The translations under genes were made by a program, and so were the position numbers. A DNA stretch of 64,000 nt from the human T2T-CHM13v2.0 reference genome, Homo sapiens. Shown one piece after another: positions 1 through 14,620 of the stretch. Position 1 is the first letter of the stretch, and each line of letters opens with the position of its first letter. The notes beneath the pieces are model-generated. The model saw only the letters and a list, made by a program, of their open reading frames with translations, had not been told where the DNA came from and ran no database searches. The DNA is taken from NCBI RefSeq assembly GCF_009914755.1, contig NC_060925.1, one strand, 5' to 3'.

Positions 1-569
1 TACTCACCTAAGACCCTACTGAAACATTGTTTCTGTGTATTATCTTGGAAAATATTAAGAAACCAATTAAACTGATATTTTATATCTTTTAGACTAAAAA
101 TTTCAATTTCTGAAAAACCAACATCACTGACTTTTTAGACTACTGATGTCAGAGTGGTTTACAACTAAATATACGGTGAAAATGGCTAATTTTAACCTCA
201 AAAGTTCTGGTTTTCCCATCACTGTTGACTACCCACCTTCAGTAGAACAAAATTAAAAATGCAGTCTATAAGGTTGCTGAAAAAGAATTCAAAATGTAAT
301 AAGTACTAAGAAACTTAATTTTTCCTTATCTTGTTTTCTACCAGTAGATTTGTTTCTAATTAGTACTTTATTATCCTTTTATCTATAATTACCTTATTTA
401 ACCCAAATACTCTGCTAGGACCTGGGAATATAAAGTTAAAAAGAATCCCCAATGTCACCAAACTTAAAATCTTGTAAGAAAGATGAAATAAAAAGAAATA
501 AGAGGAAAACTGATACCTTTTCCAAAAAACTTGCCCCAAATATATTTATCATAGAAAATGTGGTATAGT

Positions 570-870
570 GGCCAGGTGGTGGCTCACGCCTGTAATCCCA
601 GCACTTTGGGAGGCCAAGGCAGGCAGATCACTTGAAGTCAGGAGTTCGAGATTGGCCTGGCCAATATGGTGAAACCCCATCTCTACTAAAAATACAAAAA
701 TTAGCTGGGCGCAGTGGTACACGCCTGTAATCCCAGCCACTCAAGAGGCTGAGGTAGGAGAACTGCTTGAACCTGAGAGGCAAAGGTTTCAGTGAGTCAA
801 GATTGCGCCAGTGCACTCCAACCTGGGCGACACAGTGAGACTCCATCTCAAAAAAAAAAAAAAAAAGAAA
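570..870 (+). mobile_element. AluS
   Basis: Full dimer, poly-A tail, TSD AGAAAATGTGGTATAG. Confidence 0.9.
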
Positions 871-2231
871 GAAAATGTGGTATAGCAAGGATCTAGGAAT
901 TATACTCTCTCTAAATTGATTTATCCATCTTTAAAGTGATAGGGGGGCCAGGAGTATTATTTTCAGTATTCTTAAAACAGAAAATGAATATCTAAAAGAA
1001 ACATTTTTGTGAAAACTCAATACATAAAACAGATAAAAAAGAAGGCTGTTCTGGTCAACGGGAAGTGTGTTTCCATTTTGTTCCCCCATCCCTTGCTGAT
1101 CTGGCTTCTAAGCTGCTTCCAAAGAACCCTAGAGCTTAGTAGAAGACAATCTAAAAAAGTATTGGCAGGACGACTTTTACCTTCTAATGCTGATACGCTG
1201 AAGTTCTAACCAATTACTTTGAAGACAGGATTTTTCAAATATAAATCTCAAAGCAAATTATCTTCTTGCCCAAAAATAAAAAACAAAAAATAACATGAAA
1301 CAAAACAAAAAGTTTAGAAAATAAAAAATAAGGGGGCGACTCTTTTTAACTCTGGAGTTGGAGAATTTCCAAATGGAAAAATAAGATATGCATATCAAGG
1401 AAAGCTAAAACCTTCTATTGAATGCATGGAGATAGGATAGGCATTCACTGAGTTAATATGCTGTGGCCTACTAGTCTTTGCCACATTCTCTATGTCACCA
1501 TCAACTTTCTCAGGCCAAGTAAATGCACCTCGTCTACTTGATTTCTGCCTTTTCTTGAATTCAACAGCAGGTGATTGACAGGGTAAAACTGTTGTTTCTT
1601 CTCAACTTTCTGCCCTGTTTTTTGTCTGAGGTACTACAACTAAAGAAAAATAACAGGTTATAGAAAAAGGAGCAGTTATTTTTAAAACCACCAACACAAA
1701 TCTTTGGAATAAGGTGCTGTACACTAGGAATAGTTGTTTAAGGCTGTCTTTAGAATACGGTGAATTTGAAATCTGAACCTGCTTTTTCTATAACACAAGA
1801 TATACATTAAGTTTCTTCTCTCAAACCCAAAACTAAGGTGGCTACTATTACAAAATAATAAAATGACCTTAACCTCTGGCACAGAATAATTAATAATCAT
1901 AACAAACTCAGGCACTGACAATAAACTTAATGGTATCTCCAGGGAAGCAAGTTTTCATTTGTGGTAATGACAAGATGGCTTTCTCCCAAATTCTTGGTGT
2001 TTATTAGAATTAAAGCTGTTCTAGAAAAAGGAGACACAGTTGACACTCTGAAAGATCCCTTATGTTGGGCATCAAATGCTGAAATTAGCTCAATTACCCT
2101 GAGAATCTTGATTCAGGGTTTTAAAATAGTTAAAATAACATTCTAATTCAGTTAAAACATGAATTAGAATAATTTTTAAGCCGGCATTTAAAAGAAAGTA
2201 AAAGCTTTAACTTTCCAAATTTTAAAGTTGA

Positions 2232-2510
<279 letters not shown>

Positions 2511-2567
2511 TAACTTAATTTTTAATTCACTTTAAACGATGAAATCAAGCATTCTCTTGTACTTTAA

Positions 2568-2569
<2 letters not shown>

Positions 2570-2605
<36 letters not shown>
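2570..2605. repeat. (TA)n microsatellite
   Basis: About 17 perfect TA units. Confidence 0.95.
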
Positions 2606-2606
<1 letters not shown>

Positions 2607-2619
2607 CAAAAGAGTAACC

Positions 2620-3450
2620 AAAGACATTGACTGAGTGCTCACTTTGTGCTAAACATTTTGCTCATTGCCTTAGATGCTTTATCTCAATCTTTACAACAAC
2701 CCTGAGGCAGGCATGATTTAGAGAGGAGCAAACTGGGAGTTGAAGAGGTTAAAGTTTTTGTCGTAGCCCATCCTGCTGGCAAGTGCCACCATCCAGATCT
2801 GAACCCAAACCTGACCCCGGGGCCAAGCACGGTTACTAGTGTGCTCTACACTAAACACCAAAGTACTTCACACTTGGTCCCATGCAGTGTGGGGTGAGAG
2901 TAGCAGGGGTTACTAAAATCTAAGAAAATTTTGAAATTTAAATGCAGTGTCCTTTATAGAATGTCAAATTAAACACATATTTCTTTTAACTCTGAAATTA
3001 CATCAGAGATAATTAGGAAAATATTTGTCAGTCTTTAGTTATTGATTGAAATAAGGATTGGATAAGAAAGATGGAAAGGTCAAGGGTAATTCCCAATTTA
3101 AGCTGAGATAATTTGACTAATGACCATGAATGCAGTTAAAGACGTAAAGAAGAATTGATTTAAGGGGAAAAATGAATTCTGCTTTATACCGGTTGAACTA
3201 AAAATGAGAAGAGTAAATAAATTAGTGTTTATTGAGTCTCTATTACATGTCAAGAGCTACACTGAGCACATTACATACACAATTTTTAAAAATCCTAATA
3301 AAAATCTATAAACATATTATTAAATCCATATGACAAAAGATGATACAAGGCTCTAAGACGTTAAGAAACCAACCCAAGGTCAGATTGCTAATAAGTGGTA
3401 CAACCAGGATTTAAATCTAGATCTGACCAAGTCTAACATGTGCACATTAA
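2620..3450. mobile_element. MIR remnants (about 2620-2850 and 3220-3450) around L2-like decayed sequence
   Basis: MIR-like core motifs (tttacaacaaccctgaggcagg; ccaaggtcagattgctaataagtgg). Confidence 0.55.
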
Positions 3451-3649
3451 TCTACATGCCTACAATGTCATCAGCAAAGGCAGAAAACATTTAAATGAAA
3501 AAAATCTAAAGGGCAGGTATCAATTCACAACATTTTGAAAAAGCAAAATCTAGAAGAGTTTCTTCAATCATATATGAGCATATTTAATGATTAGTTAATT
3601 CAAATACCCTATCATTGAAAGTGAAAAACATTTCCATAGAATCATTTAC

Positions 3650-3881
3650 CTGGCCAGAGTTGGAGTAAGTAATGAAGAACTTCAATGTGTTTTTTAAAAT
3701 CCAAAGCACTTGCAAGTTCTTCTGAATCAGTAAAGACTCTGTTGTTATGGGTGGAAGGCTCTTGCCTCTGACTTAATAATACTGGTCCAAAGCACACAGC
3801 CAAATTCTGGCACGTCATCTTATTCACTTCATGATAGGAAGCCACCAATTTCAAATGATCCAACAACATCTTTAGGGTTGC
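3650..3881 (-). CDS. SYDE2: SYDE2 coding exon 6 (RhoGAP C-terminal part); the terminal exon is outside the window
   Basis: Acceptor tttaatttAG; [36 protein letters not shown]...LQLWP (NKMxxxNLAxxFGP motif); donor CAG|GTAAAT; 232 nt, ends in phase 1. Cumulative CDS is 3085 nt from ATG 40111. Confidence 0.95.
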
Positions 3882-4076
3882 CTAAATTAAATTAAATTTC
3901 AATTAATATAGTCATAAAGAGGCAAATTCAAGGACACAATTTATAGCAGGAAATACAGATAAGCATCTTGTCACTTTTAAAAGGATTTTTTTTAAAGATT
4001 TGCGTATAAATTGGATGTTTGGAACCTAGAACATAGTTTCTAATAGAAACATTATATGGGGCCTAAATTATGTTCC

Positions 4077-4363
<287 letters not shown>

Positions 4364-4989
4364 ATTATGTTCCAACAACACAATTTAATCCATTAAATGG
4401 TTAAAATATACATTCTTTATAAAATACTTATGAATGCATTCCAAATTTCAGCTGGAATCCCTGGGAAAATGCGTCCATTACCTCTTTCTCTTCTAACATG
4501 GCAACAGCAAAGGCTGTGATGAAAAGGGGATTAGGGTAAGAATGTTCATTTTTAAGTACAGATAAGTCCTGTAGTTGTAAGTTGTAATCACTATCATGCT
4601 TAAATCTAGGAAGCTAACCATTCCGGAACATGGCCAGGTTCTATAATGATTTGGATTATGAAAGACATGTTTAAAAGGCCAATATGCTTCTTAACTAATA
4701 TACATATAAATAAATAAATAAATATATATATGTGGTAAATAAACCTTAAAAAGAAGAATAGTACAGTTAGAAATGAAAGAAAAAAATTACCAAAAAAAAT
4801 ATTTTTTAATCCTTAAAGAAACTAGTAAGGGGAGTTGGCTCAAAAAGTGGAATGGTTATTTAGGTTTCAACAGTTATGGAAAGAAATGATGTTTTTTGAT
4901 GTAGTGGCATAGGATCAATCATTTAACAAAATGAGTAATTTTTTCTTCAAAACTGTATTGAAGACATTGATGCCAATTAAAAACTTTAA

Positions 4990-5517
4990 TTTTTTTTTTT
5001 TTTTTTTGGAGACAGGGTCTCACTCTGTTGCCGAGGCTGGAGTACAGTAGCATGATCACAGCTCACTGCAGCACCGACCTTCCTGGCTCAAGCAATCTTT
5101 CCACCCCAGCCTCCCAAGTAGCTCGGGCTACAGGCATGCGACACCATACCCACTAATTTTTAAAAATTTTTTTGTAGGCCAGGCATGTGGCTCTTGCCTG
5201 TAATCCCAGCACTTTGGGAGGCCAAGGCAGGTGAATCATCTGAGGTCAGAAGTTCAAGACCAGCCTGGTCAACATGGGAAACCCCGACTCTACTGAAAAT
5301 ACAAAAAAATAGCTGGTGTGGTGGTGCACACCTGTAATCCCAGCTACTCAGGAAGCTGAGGCAGAAGGATCACTTATTCTGGGAGGCAGAGGTTTCAGTG
5401 AGCCAAGATTGTGCCACTGTACTCCAGCGTGGGTGACAGAGCAAGACTCCGTCTCAAAAAAAAAAAAAATTTTTTTTTTTTTGTAGAGACAGGGTCTTGC
5501 TATGTTGTCTAAGCTGG
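4990..5517. mobile_element. Nested Alus: AluJ (-) interrupted by AluS (+) at 5177-5468
   Basis: AluJ right arm 4990-5176 resumes at 5469-5517; AAAAATTTTTTTTGTA-type TSD flanks the inner Alu. Confidence 0.85.
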
Positions 5518-6041
5518 TAAAAATCTTATTTAAAGAAAAATCAAAATAACATTATTTCTGGAGCCAAAAGCGACAAATGGATTTGCTGGTCAGAAGGCCA
5601 TTTAATAGCTGTGGCAAGAACAAGTCCAGCAAGATGAGGTAGGAAGCCAGATTACAATGTGCTGAGTAGTAAATGAGTGATGAAGAAGTGATAACAGCTG
5701 GAATAAATAGCCCTTCAATGTTTGGCTATGAAGGGAAGGAATGAAGAGAGAATGAAAACTAGAGAAGAATATGGCATTTTAAATCAAAACAAGTCAAATA
5801 TATGAATCATATTTCTTTTTTAAATTCATAATTATTTCCTAACACAACTCCATATACATTGGCCTCTTAAGGGTATTTCCAGCAATAATTGTGATCATAC
5901 ACACACACAGACACAAACAACACACTACACCTGGTTAAATATATGTTCAATCTCAATAGCAAGCAAAGGAATGCAAATTTTTTTTGACTACTAAATAAGA
6001 TAAGCCAAAAAATGTAATTGTCATGTTCCTTTTGAAAATTA

Positions 6042-7248
<1,207 letters not shown>

Positions 7249-8160
7249 TTTTACCTAGTGTTGGGAAACCAGTATCTCTACTTTTTCCACCCACCCCCTT
7301 AAACTTCACCCCACCCTTGTGCTTCTGCACTCTTTAGCTGTTCCCTTCCCCTAATCCAAAGGAGGAGTAACTGTTAATCCAACTGGACAGAGCACAGGAC
7401 ATTCAGGGGACCACAGTAAACTCGCAAGTCAAGTTACTGGACTTACAGTTTCTACCCACTAATTCTTGCTCTTTCTGCCCCAACATGATAAAAAATGTAG
7501 GCAAATTTAGCCTCATCTAGACAAGCCCAGTCATACATTTCTCCTATTTTCCCTTCTATTCTAAGGAACAACAGATAAAGTTAGGCTAAGGCTGGTTCTG
7601 AAGACCTACCTATCCTTCTCTCTCTCTCCTACAGGCATAGCTGAGGATGCTGGTCTGAAGATTTTGGAGAGGGGGTGAATGGAAAGGATAAGGAGGAAAA
7701 AACGAGGGGAGGGGCTTTTGTTTGTCTTAAAGTTAAGCCATGTACACCAACACAGTTGTTGTATCTAAAAAATACTAAAAGGAGACACACCAAAATGTTA
7801 ATTATAGCTGCCTCTGGATATTGATGATTGCAATTTTATATTCTTCTTTTCTGTATCTTTTCAATATTTCTATAATGAACAAATATTATTGTAATAATAT
7901 TTTAACAATACAATTAAAAAAACTTCAGTGAGTATTCATGCTTGGGCTAAAATCACATATAGAAAAGATAAAACTGTTTTCTAGATTTATTCTGTTTAAG
8001 AAGCTTTTACAGACTTAGGCTGTTTAAAGGCAGTAATGGCAGAGCTTTTAAATCCATGAGTGCCACAAATGTCAAATATCTAAAATTATTTGTAGCTCTG
8101 GAGGTAGGTATACAGTTCATTAACTGGCTTTCAGGAAAAATGTATACTGGTAATGCTTAC

Positions 8161-8342
8161 CTTCTCAATCTCTGGCAGACAATCCAGCAGGTCAACAGTG
8201 TACTTAGAGTCACCTGGGTCATTCTCACAACCATTTGATGACATTTTCAAAGGACTTTTTGCCATTGCATCTAATACAGCCTCATAAAGCTGCTTTGTTA
8301 TCAGAGGAGAAGGGAGTTCTCTTAAATAATCCTTAAGAACAC
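8161..8342 (-). CDS. SYDE2: SYDE2 coding exon 5 (RhoGAP)
   Basis: Acceptor gttttttaaAG; [16 protein letters not shown]...LPEIEK (canonical LKxYLRELP RhoGAP motif); donor AAG|GTAAGC; 182 nt. Confidence 0.96.
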
Positions 8343-9231
8343 CTTTAAAAAACAAACCGCAGACAGTTGGTGATTGGACTGCAGAGTGAAATAAAGAACT
8401 ATGGTCAATTTTTTAAAATTTAAGTATTATAGCCAACTTTCAACATTTTGAAAACAATAAAGGCAACAACATAAAAAGAATTATAAAATACTAGCATTTT
8501 GTATTCTTTTAAGTTGCCTTGGTAATTGACTTGTTTTGAAAGCATGCTAAAAATGTACACATAATTTTCAGTTACCACACGTTAGGTTTGTTAATCATAA
8601 AGTAAGCTATTCTTGATACATATACCCTTATTGATTCTGCCCCCTATAAAAAGCTTCTCTAAATGCATGTGAAACAGAAGTTAAGAAAGCAAGGCATATT
8701 TATGTTAATTATGAATTATTCCAATTACACAAATTTTGAGTTTCTAGACTTTAAATTGATAATGAAAGAGTACCAATTGTCTGAAACCCTTGGAAATAAA
8801 TACATTTCCTCTTTAACACTGGAGAAATGTCTTAAACCGATATATTGGATGGCTGGATAATTGCTAATGCTACACTATCATATGCAAGAAAAAATCATTC
8901 CTAAAACCAAACAAATAAAACCAAAAGCTAAGAACAGAAAACATCAGACGTGTCACTATAATGGGAATGAGGAAAGTCAATTGCAAACATTCCACACGTA
9001 GTTTTGAACTAAGAAATATTACTTATAGTAGAGGAAACTGGAAAGAATAGTGGTTGTTATATATAAGTAAGGTAGGTAAGATACAAGCTAAAGGCTGGCA
9101 TGTGATCACAAAGGAAAACAGGAGATACTCCTAACACCAAAACCTAAATATATACAATATTGATCCAGAACATGCTCTCAGCCTTGCTTAGTTTGAACTT
9201 AAACATGATTCTATACGAAGCTTCCCATCTC

Positions 9232-9510
9232 TTTTTTTTTTTTTTTTTTTAATTGTGACAGGGTCTCGCTCCATCACCCAGGCTGGAGTACACTGGTAAC
9301 CTCAAACTCCTAGGCTCAAGCAATCCTCCCACCTCAGCCTCTTAAGCAGCTAGGACTACAGGTGGTTGCCCCCACACCTGGCTAATTTTCTTATTTTTTG
9401 TAGATCAGTGTCTCACTATACTTCCCAGGTTAGACTTGAATTGCTGGCCTCAAGTGATCCTCCCACCTTATTCTCCCAGAGTACCTGGCATGAGACACTG
9501 TGCCTGGCCC
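9232..9510 (-). mobile_element. AluJ
   Basis: Diverged reverse Alu with poly-T. Confidence 0.85.
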
Positions 9511-9606
9511 CAAGTTTTAAATATTTAATAGTAACATGATTCATTAGTTTCTTATGCATCCTTCTAATGTTTATGCAAATATAAATATGATTTGTCTCCC
9601 TCATTG

Positions 9607-9790
9607 AGAGTTGAGTATCCTTAGTTTAAAAATCCAAAATGCTCTAAAATCCAAAACTTTTAAAATGCCAACATGATGCTCAAAGGAATGCTCATTAGAG
9701 CATTCTGGATTTTTGATTTTTGGATTAGGCATGCTAAACTGGTACACATAATGCAAATATTCCAAAACCCAAAGAAATCAGAAATAAGAA
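9607..9790. mobile_element. Tigger4/MER46-like DNA transposon fragment
   Basis: gttgagtatcc...aaatccaaaatgctc...atgatgctcaaaggaatgctcattagagcatt pattern recalled from MER46/Tigger4a. Confidence 0.65.
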
Positions 9791-10119
9791 ACCTGCATAT
9801 GCTATTTTGTTTCTTGCTTTTTCATTTAACATCATATCCTTGAGATCTTTTCAGGCCATAGAGAGCTTCCTTAATCACTTTTATAGCCACATTATAGTAG
9901 TTCAATGTAAGGATGTCCCATAGTCTTATCTATTCAGTCTCTTACAGATGGATACTAGAATTGTTTCTTATCTTTTGTTTTTCCAAAACATGCTACAATT
10001 AATAACCTTGCACACAATCACTTTGTATATATGCAGGTATGTCTGTAGGATAAATTCTTAAAACAGGACTGCTAAGTAAAAAATGCATTTGCAATTTTGA
10101 GGAAAAAAGAGGAATAAGA

Positions 10120-11400
10120 ATGTTTCTTTCCTAGGCTTGGAACTTGAGTATCTAGGTGGATACTAGTGACACTATTTCAAATAGAGAACGCAGGAGGAAA
10201 ATCATGTTTTAGGGGGTAAAGAGAAGAGTTTCATTTTGAACATATGGAGCTTAAGGTATCTATGGGGCATTCAAGGCTGCTGGATATAAAAATCTGAGAT
10301 GAAAGAGATGACTGGAGACACAGATTTAAGAATGATCAACTTAAAGATAACTGGATCTTGGGAATGATTATCAGGGAGACATACAGAGTGATTAAGAGAA
10401 GGCTCAGAAAATAACCCTGAAGAACATCAACTTTCCAGGGGTCATCAGGGAAGAGGATCTTCCAGTTGTGACTAAGGAAGAATGGCAAAAGATGTATGTA
10501 TGGTGAGAGGAGGTGGGGATGGGGCGAGAGGAGAGTGGCAAAAGTGAGGCCAAGTCGAGGAAAAATGTTTCAAGAAAGAGTCTATGATATCTAATGATAC
10601 CCAAACAATAGTTGGGTTAGATAAGAATAGTGTTAAATATTGCAGAGAACAGTGTTTTTTCAAAATTGGCTGCACACTGAGGCTTTAAAAAAAATTAGAT
10701 TCTGGAGCCCCATGCCAGCCATACTAAATCATAATGTACAGAGGTCAGAGCTCCTGTCCCAGTATTTTTAACAAATTTGTCTTATGTTTAGACAATGGGG
10801 TTTTGTAACCAGGTATAGAAAATAATGATCTAGAGACAATTTAAGAACCCAAAAATGTCCACCAGAAAAGGAAGTCAGCAACCTTGGCAAGCACAGTTTC
10901 AGGAAAATAAAGGACACTGAACTCAAGTTGCAGTTGGTTAGGAAGTAAATGGGCATTAAAGAAATAGACAAAGAAATGCACACAACCTGTTCAAGAAATC
11001 TGGCTTTGAGAAAAGTAGATAACCACAGAGAAGAGGGGAGGGCGGGGGAGAAACAAGATCAAAGTGGAGATTTTTCTTTAAAAACAGGAGACACCTAAAC
11101 ATTTCAATGGTAATGTAAAGGAGATAGTAAAAAAGGTTTTCAAGGTTCAGGAGAGAGGAAATATGATCAATTGAGCAAAGTCCCTAAGAAGAAAGAAGAA
11201 ACTTCTGAGTACACATGAAGGAATTAGAATTTGTCCAAGATGTAAGGAAGATCATTTCTCTATTATTACAGAAAGGAAGTGGAAAGAATGTATGCCAAAG
11301 AAGGCACATTGATAGGCTGGGTCACAAGAAGTAGAGCAAGTTCCCATCTGATGGCTTCTGTTTTCTCTGTGAAGTTAGGAGGCAAGGTCGTCTGCTAAGA
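10120..11400. mobile_element. Decayed L2 with MER5-like insert (about 10650-10770)
   Basis: Purine-rich L2-type motifs (gagtttcattttgaacatatggagcttaaggtatctatgggg). Confidence 0.55.
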
Positions 11401-11619
11401 GTGACATGGGTGAAATGAGGTTTGAGGGGAGTGAGAAGATATTAAGTAGACACTCCAGAGTATAAGAGAGCTGATAGGAAAACATACAATTATTAGGCAC
11501 CATTCACAGCCTTCTAATGACTTTGAAGTACATGGATTAATACTGATACCAAATAATATTGATTTTTTTTTTCTCATTGCAATCAGTAACCCAGATACAG
11601 GCTAGAAAGGCAGACCAGT

Positions 11620-13575
11620 GTTTCTAGGCAAGATGGAGCAATAGGGACTAGATTTACCTTCCTGCTTGCAACAACTGAAAATGCCAGACAAAATATCTGA
11701 CAATACTATGTCTAAGACATTGGACATCAGGCAAAGGACAAGGATCCCTGAGAGATGGGAACCAAATGAAGTGTGCCCACAACAACCACAGCTTATTGCC
11801 TGGAGAGACTTTGCAGGTCGCAGTAAGGAAATGAAAACCCAGGTAAAGCCCGACAGTTGAAGGGGAGCTAGAAATTCAAGGAGGCTAAAGCTGCTAGACC
11901 TTGCAGGACAGAGCACTTGAGAGTAAAGGGCTGCCTAGACATGACTCAGGAAATCAGCAAGGAGTCCCAAGTGTTCATCTGAGTACTAATCAGCACACGC
12001 AGGTGGGGCAACTCCCCAAGGCTGGAGAAAGAACCAGCCAAACAGATTAGAGAGAACAATTCTTGGAGTTTTCATAGTGTGGGCAATCACTCTCGTTCCA
12101 TGCAGCCAGAGTGGAAAACTTCATAATTCATGGGATATGGGTACAGCACTATGTTGAATTGTGGCCCCCACCCCCAACCAAAAATAAAACATGTTGAAGT
12201 CTGAACTCCTAGTACCTCAGAATAGGACCTTATTTGGAAAGAGTCTTTACAGAGGTAATCAAGTTAAATGAGGTCACTAGGGTGGGCCCTACTCCAATAT
12301 GACATGTTCTTATAAAATGGGGGACACAGAGAGAGAGCAGATGATATGAAGAAACACAGGGAGAATGCCATGTGAAGATAGAGTATTGGAGTTATGCATC
12401 TACAGGCAAAGAAAGGGCTGTCAAAGGTTGCCAGCAAACCACCAGAACTAGGAAGATGCAAGGAAGGATTCCCCTGCAGGTATCAGGGGGAGCAGGGCCC
12501 TGCTAATGCTGATTCTGAACTTCCAGCCTCCAGAACTGTGAGAAAATACATTTCTGTTGTTTTAGCCACCAAGTTTGTGGTACTTTGTTATGGCAGCCAT
12601 AGAAAGCTAATATAAGTACACAGTATATAGCAGAGTTTTGCTTCAGTAGAGAATCAAAGAAATAGACAAAGAAGAGCCTTATTTAAAAGCAGTTCACATT
12701 CTGCCTAATAAAGCTTAAAAGCAAGACTAAAAAAACTCTTTGCAAGTAACGTACTTGCATACCAAACAACAGAAATATCCAGCACCCAAGAAGGTAAAAT
12801 TTACATTTGATGTCCAGTAAAAAATTACGAGGCATATAAAGGAGGAGGCAAATATAACCTATAATGAGGAGTAAAATCAATGGAAACCAACCCAGAAAAG
12901 ACATACACAATAGAATTAGTAGACAAGAACATGAAAACACTTATTATAACTGTATTTCATATGTTCAAGAAGCTAGAATAAAGACTGAACATATTAAGTA
13001 GAGACATGGAAAATACTGAAAAACCCATATCGAACTTCTAGTAGTGAAAATTAGGGTGTCTGAAACTAAAAATGCAATGAATGAAATTAATATCAGAAGA
13101 CAAGACTAATATAACTTGAAGATACAGCAATAGAAACAATCTAAAATGAAACGAAGTATGGAAAAAGCTGAAAAAAAAATACATTATCAGTGAGCTGTCA
13201 CATAACGTAAAATGGCCTAAGACATGCTTAATTGTAATCTTCAAAGGCAAAGTAGTGGCAGTGGGTAGGTGGGGTGGAAACAAAAACAGTTTGAAGAAAA
13301 AATAGAGAAAAACTACAATTATAGTTGAAGATTTCAACACGCCTCTCAGTGAGTAGAAAGAAAACAAAGATGTAGAAGACAGGGACATTATTAATTAACT
13401 TGACTTTATTGATAGTTACAGCACAATTTATTAATTAACTTGACTTTATTGATAGTTACAGCACAATCTGTCCAAAACCACCAGAATATACATTCTTTTC
13501 AAGAGCTCAAATGGAACATTTACCACAAAAGACCATATTCTGGGCTTCAAAATAAGCCTAAATAAATACAAAAGC
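11620..13575 (+). mobile_element. Old L1M 5'UTR/ORF1/endonuclease remnant interrupted by an MLT1 LTR
   Basis: caagatggagcaataggg start, A-rich ORF1-like region, gaatatacattcttttcaagagctcaaatggaacattt (L1 EN region). Confidence 0.7.
12145..12613 (+). mobile_element. MLT1B/C MaLR solo LTR
   Basis: gaccttatttggaaa...ccagcctccagaactgtgagaaaatacatttctgttg...tttgttatggcagcc...ctaatata. Confidence 0.85.
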
Positions 13576-14335
13576 ATTTAGGACCTATGAATCAGAAGAC
13601 TGAATATGCACATATACAAAATGAGAATCATTCTCTCACATACAAAACTTATATAGGTAGTAAAGATACAGTTGATTAGGTAGATTTGAATGTTGAATCA
13701 CTGACATTTCCTGAAGGTAGAGCTACAAATTACTTTTTTAAATCCACTAACCCACCCCCACCTTACCTCACTTACTCTTTTTGGCCTTACCACCTACTTT
13801 AGTCATACCCTATACATGTTACTCAGACCAAATGGCTCTCATAAACAATCTCAGTATATGTGGGTTGCTAAGTCTATGACCATTCCTCAACATTTAGCAT
13901 TCCTTGGTGCTTGCACAGTTTTGACATCTACATGCAATCTAGGTAAAGGAAAACGGAAACAATTTGTGAGTTAATGTTCCAGAGGTCAGAGAACATATAA
14001 TATGTATGGTAAGAAAATGTATAGTATGTACAAAAAAGATAAATATTAATGTTTTCAAGATCATTTACTTATATTCTGATAAAGTTTTCCGTGAATGGCA
14101 AATAGGACAAAAATGACTATGGTAGGATTAAAATCATAAAAAGGCATGGTCAAATGAACTTTCAGGTACTGAACCTAGATACTGATTATGTAGCACTGAC
14201 ATGAAATCTATTTTACAGTAGTTAGATATATGTAATCCTCATCAGAAGACTTATTTTTAATAATCACTAAACAATAGATGACTTTTAAAAAGCCTTCTGT
14301 TCTTTGGTAATAAGCCCTATAAAGAATTATGAATA

Positions 14336-14620
14336 GGCTGGGCGCAGTGGCTCACGCCTGTAATCCCAGCACTTTGGGAGGCTGAGACGGGAGGATCTCC
14401 TGAGTTCAGGAATTCGAGACCACCCTGGGCAACACGGTGAAACCCTGTTTCTACTAAAATACAAAAAACTAGCTGGGCGTAGTGGCGTGTGCCTGTAGTC
14501 CCAGCTATTCGGGAGGCTGAGGCACAAGAATTGCTTGAGCCCCAGAGGTGGAGGTTGCACCACTGCACTCCAGCTTGGGCTACAGAGTGAGACTCTTTCT
14601 CAAAAAGCAAACAAACAAAA
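14336..14620 (+). mobile_element. Alu
   Basis: Dimer with an internal deletion; TSD AAAGAATTAYGAAT. Confidence 0.88.
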
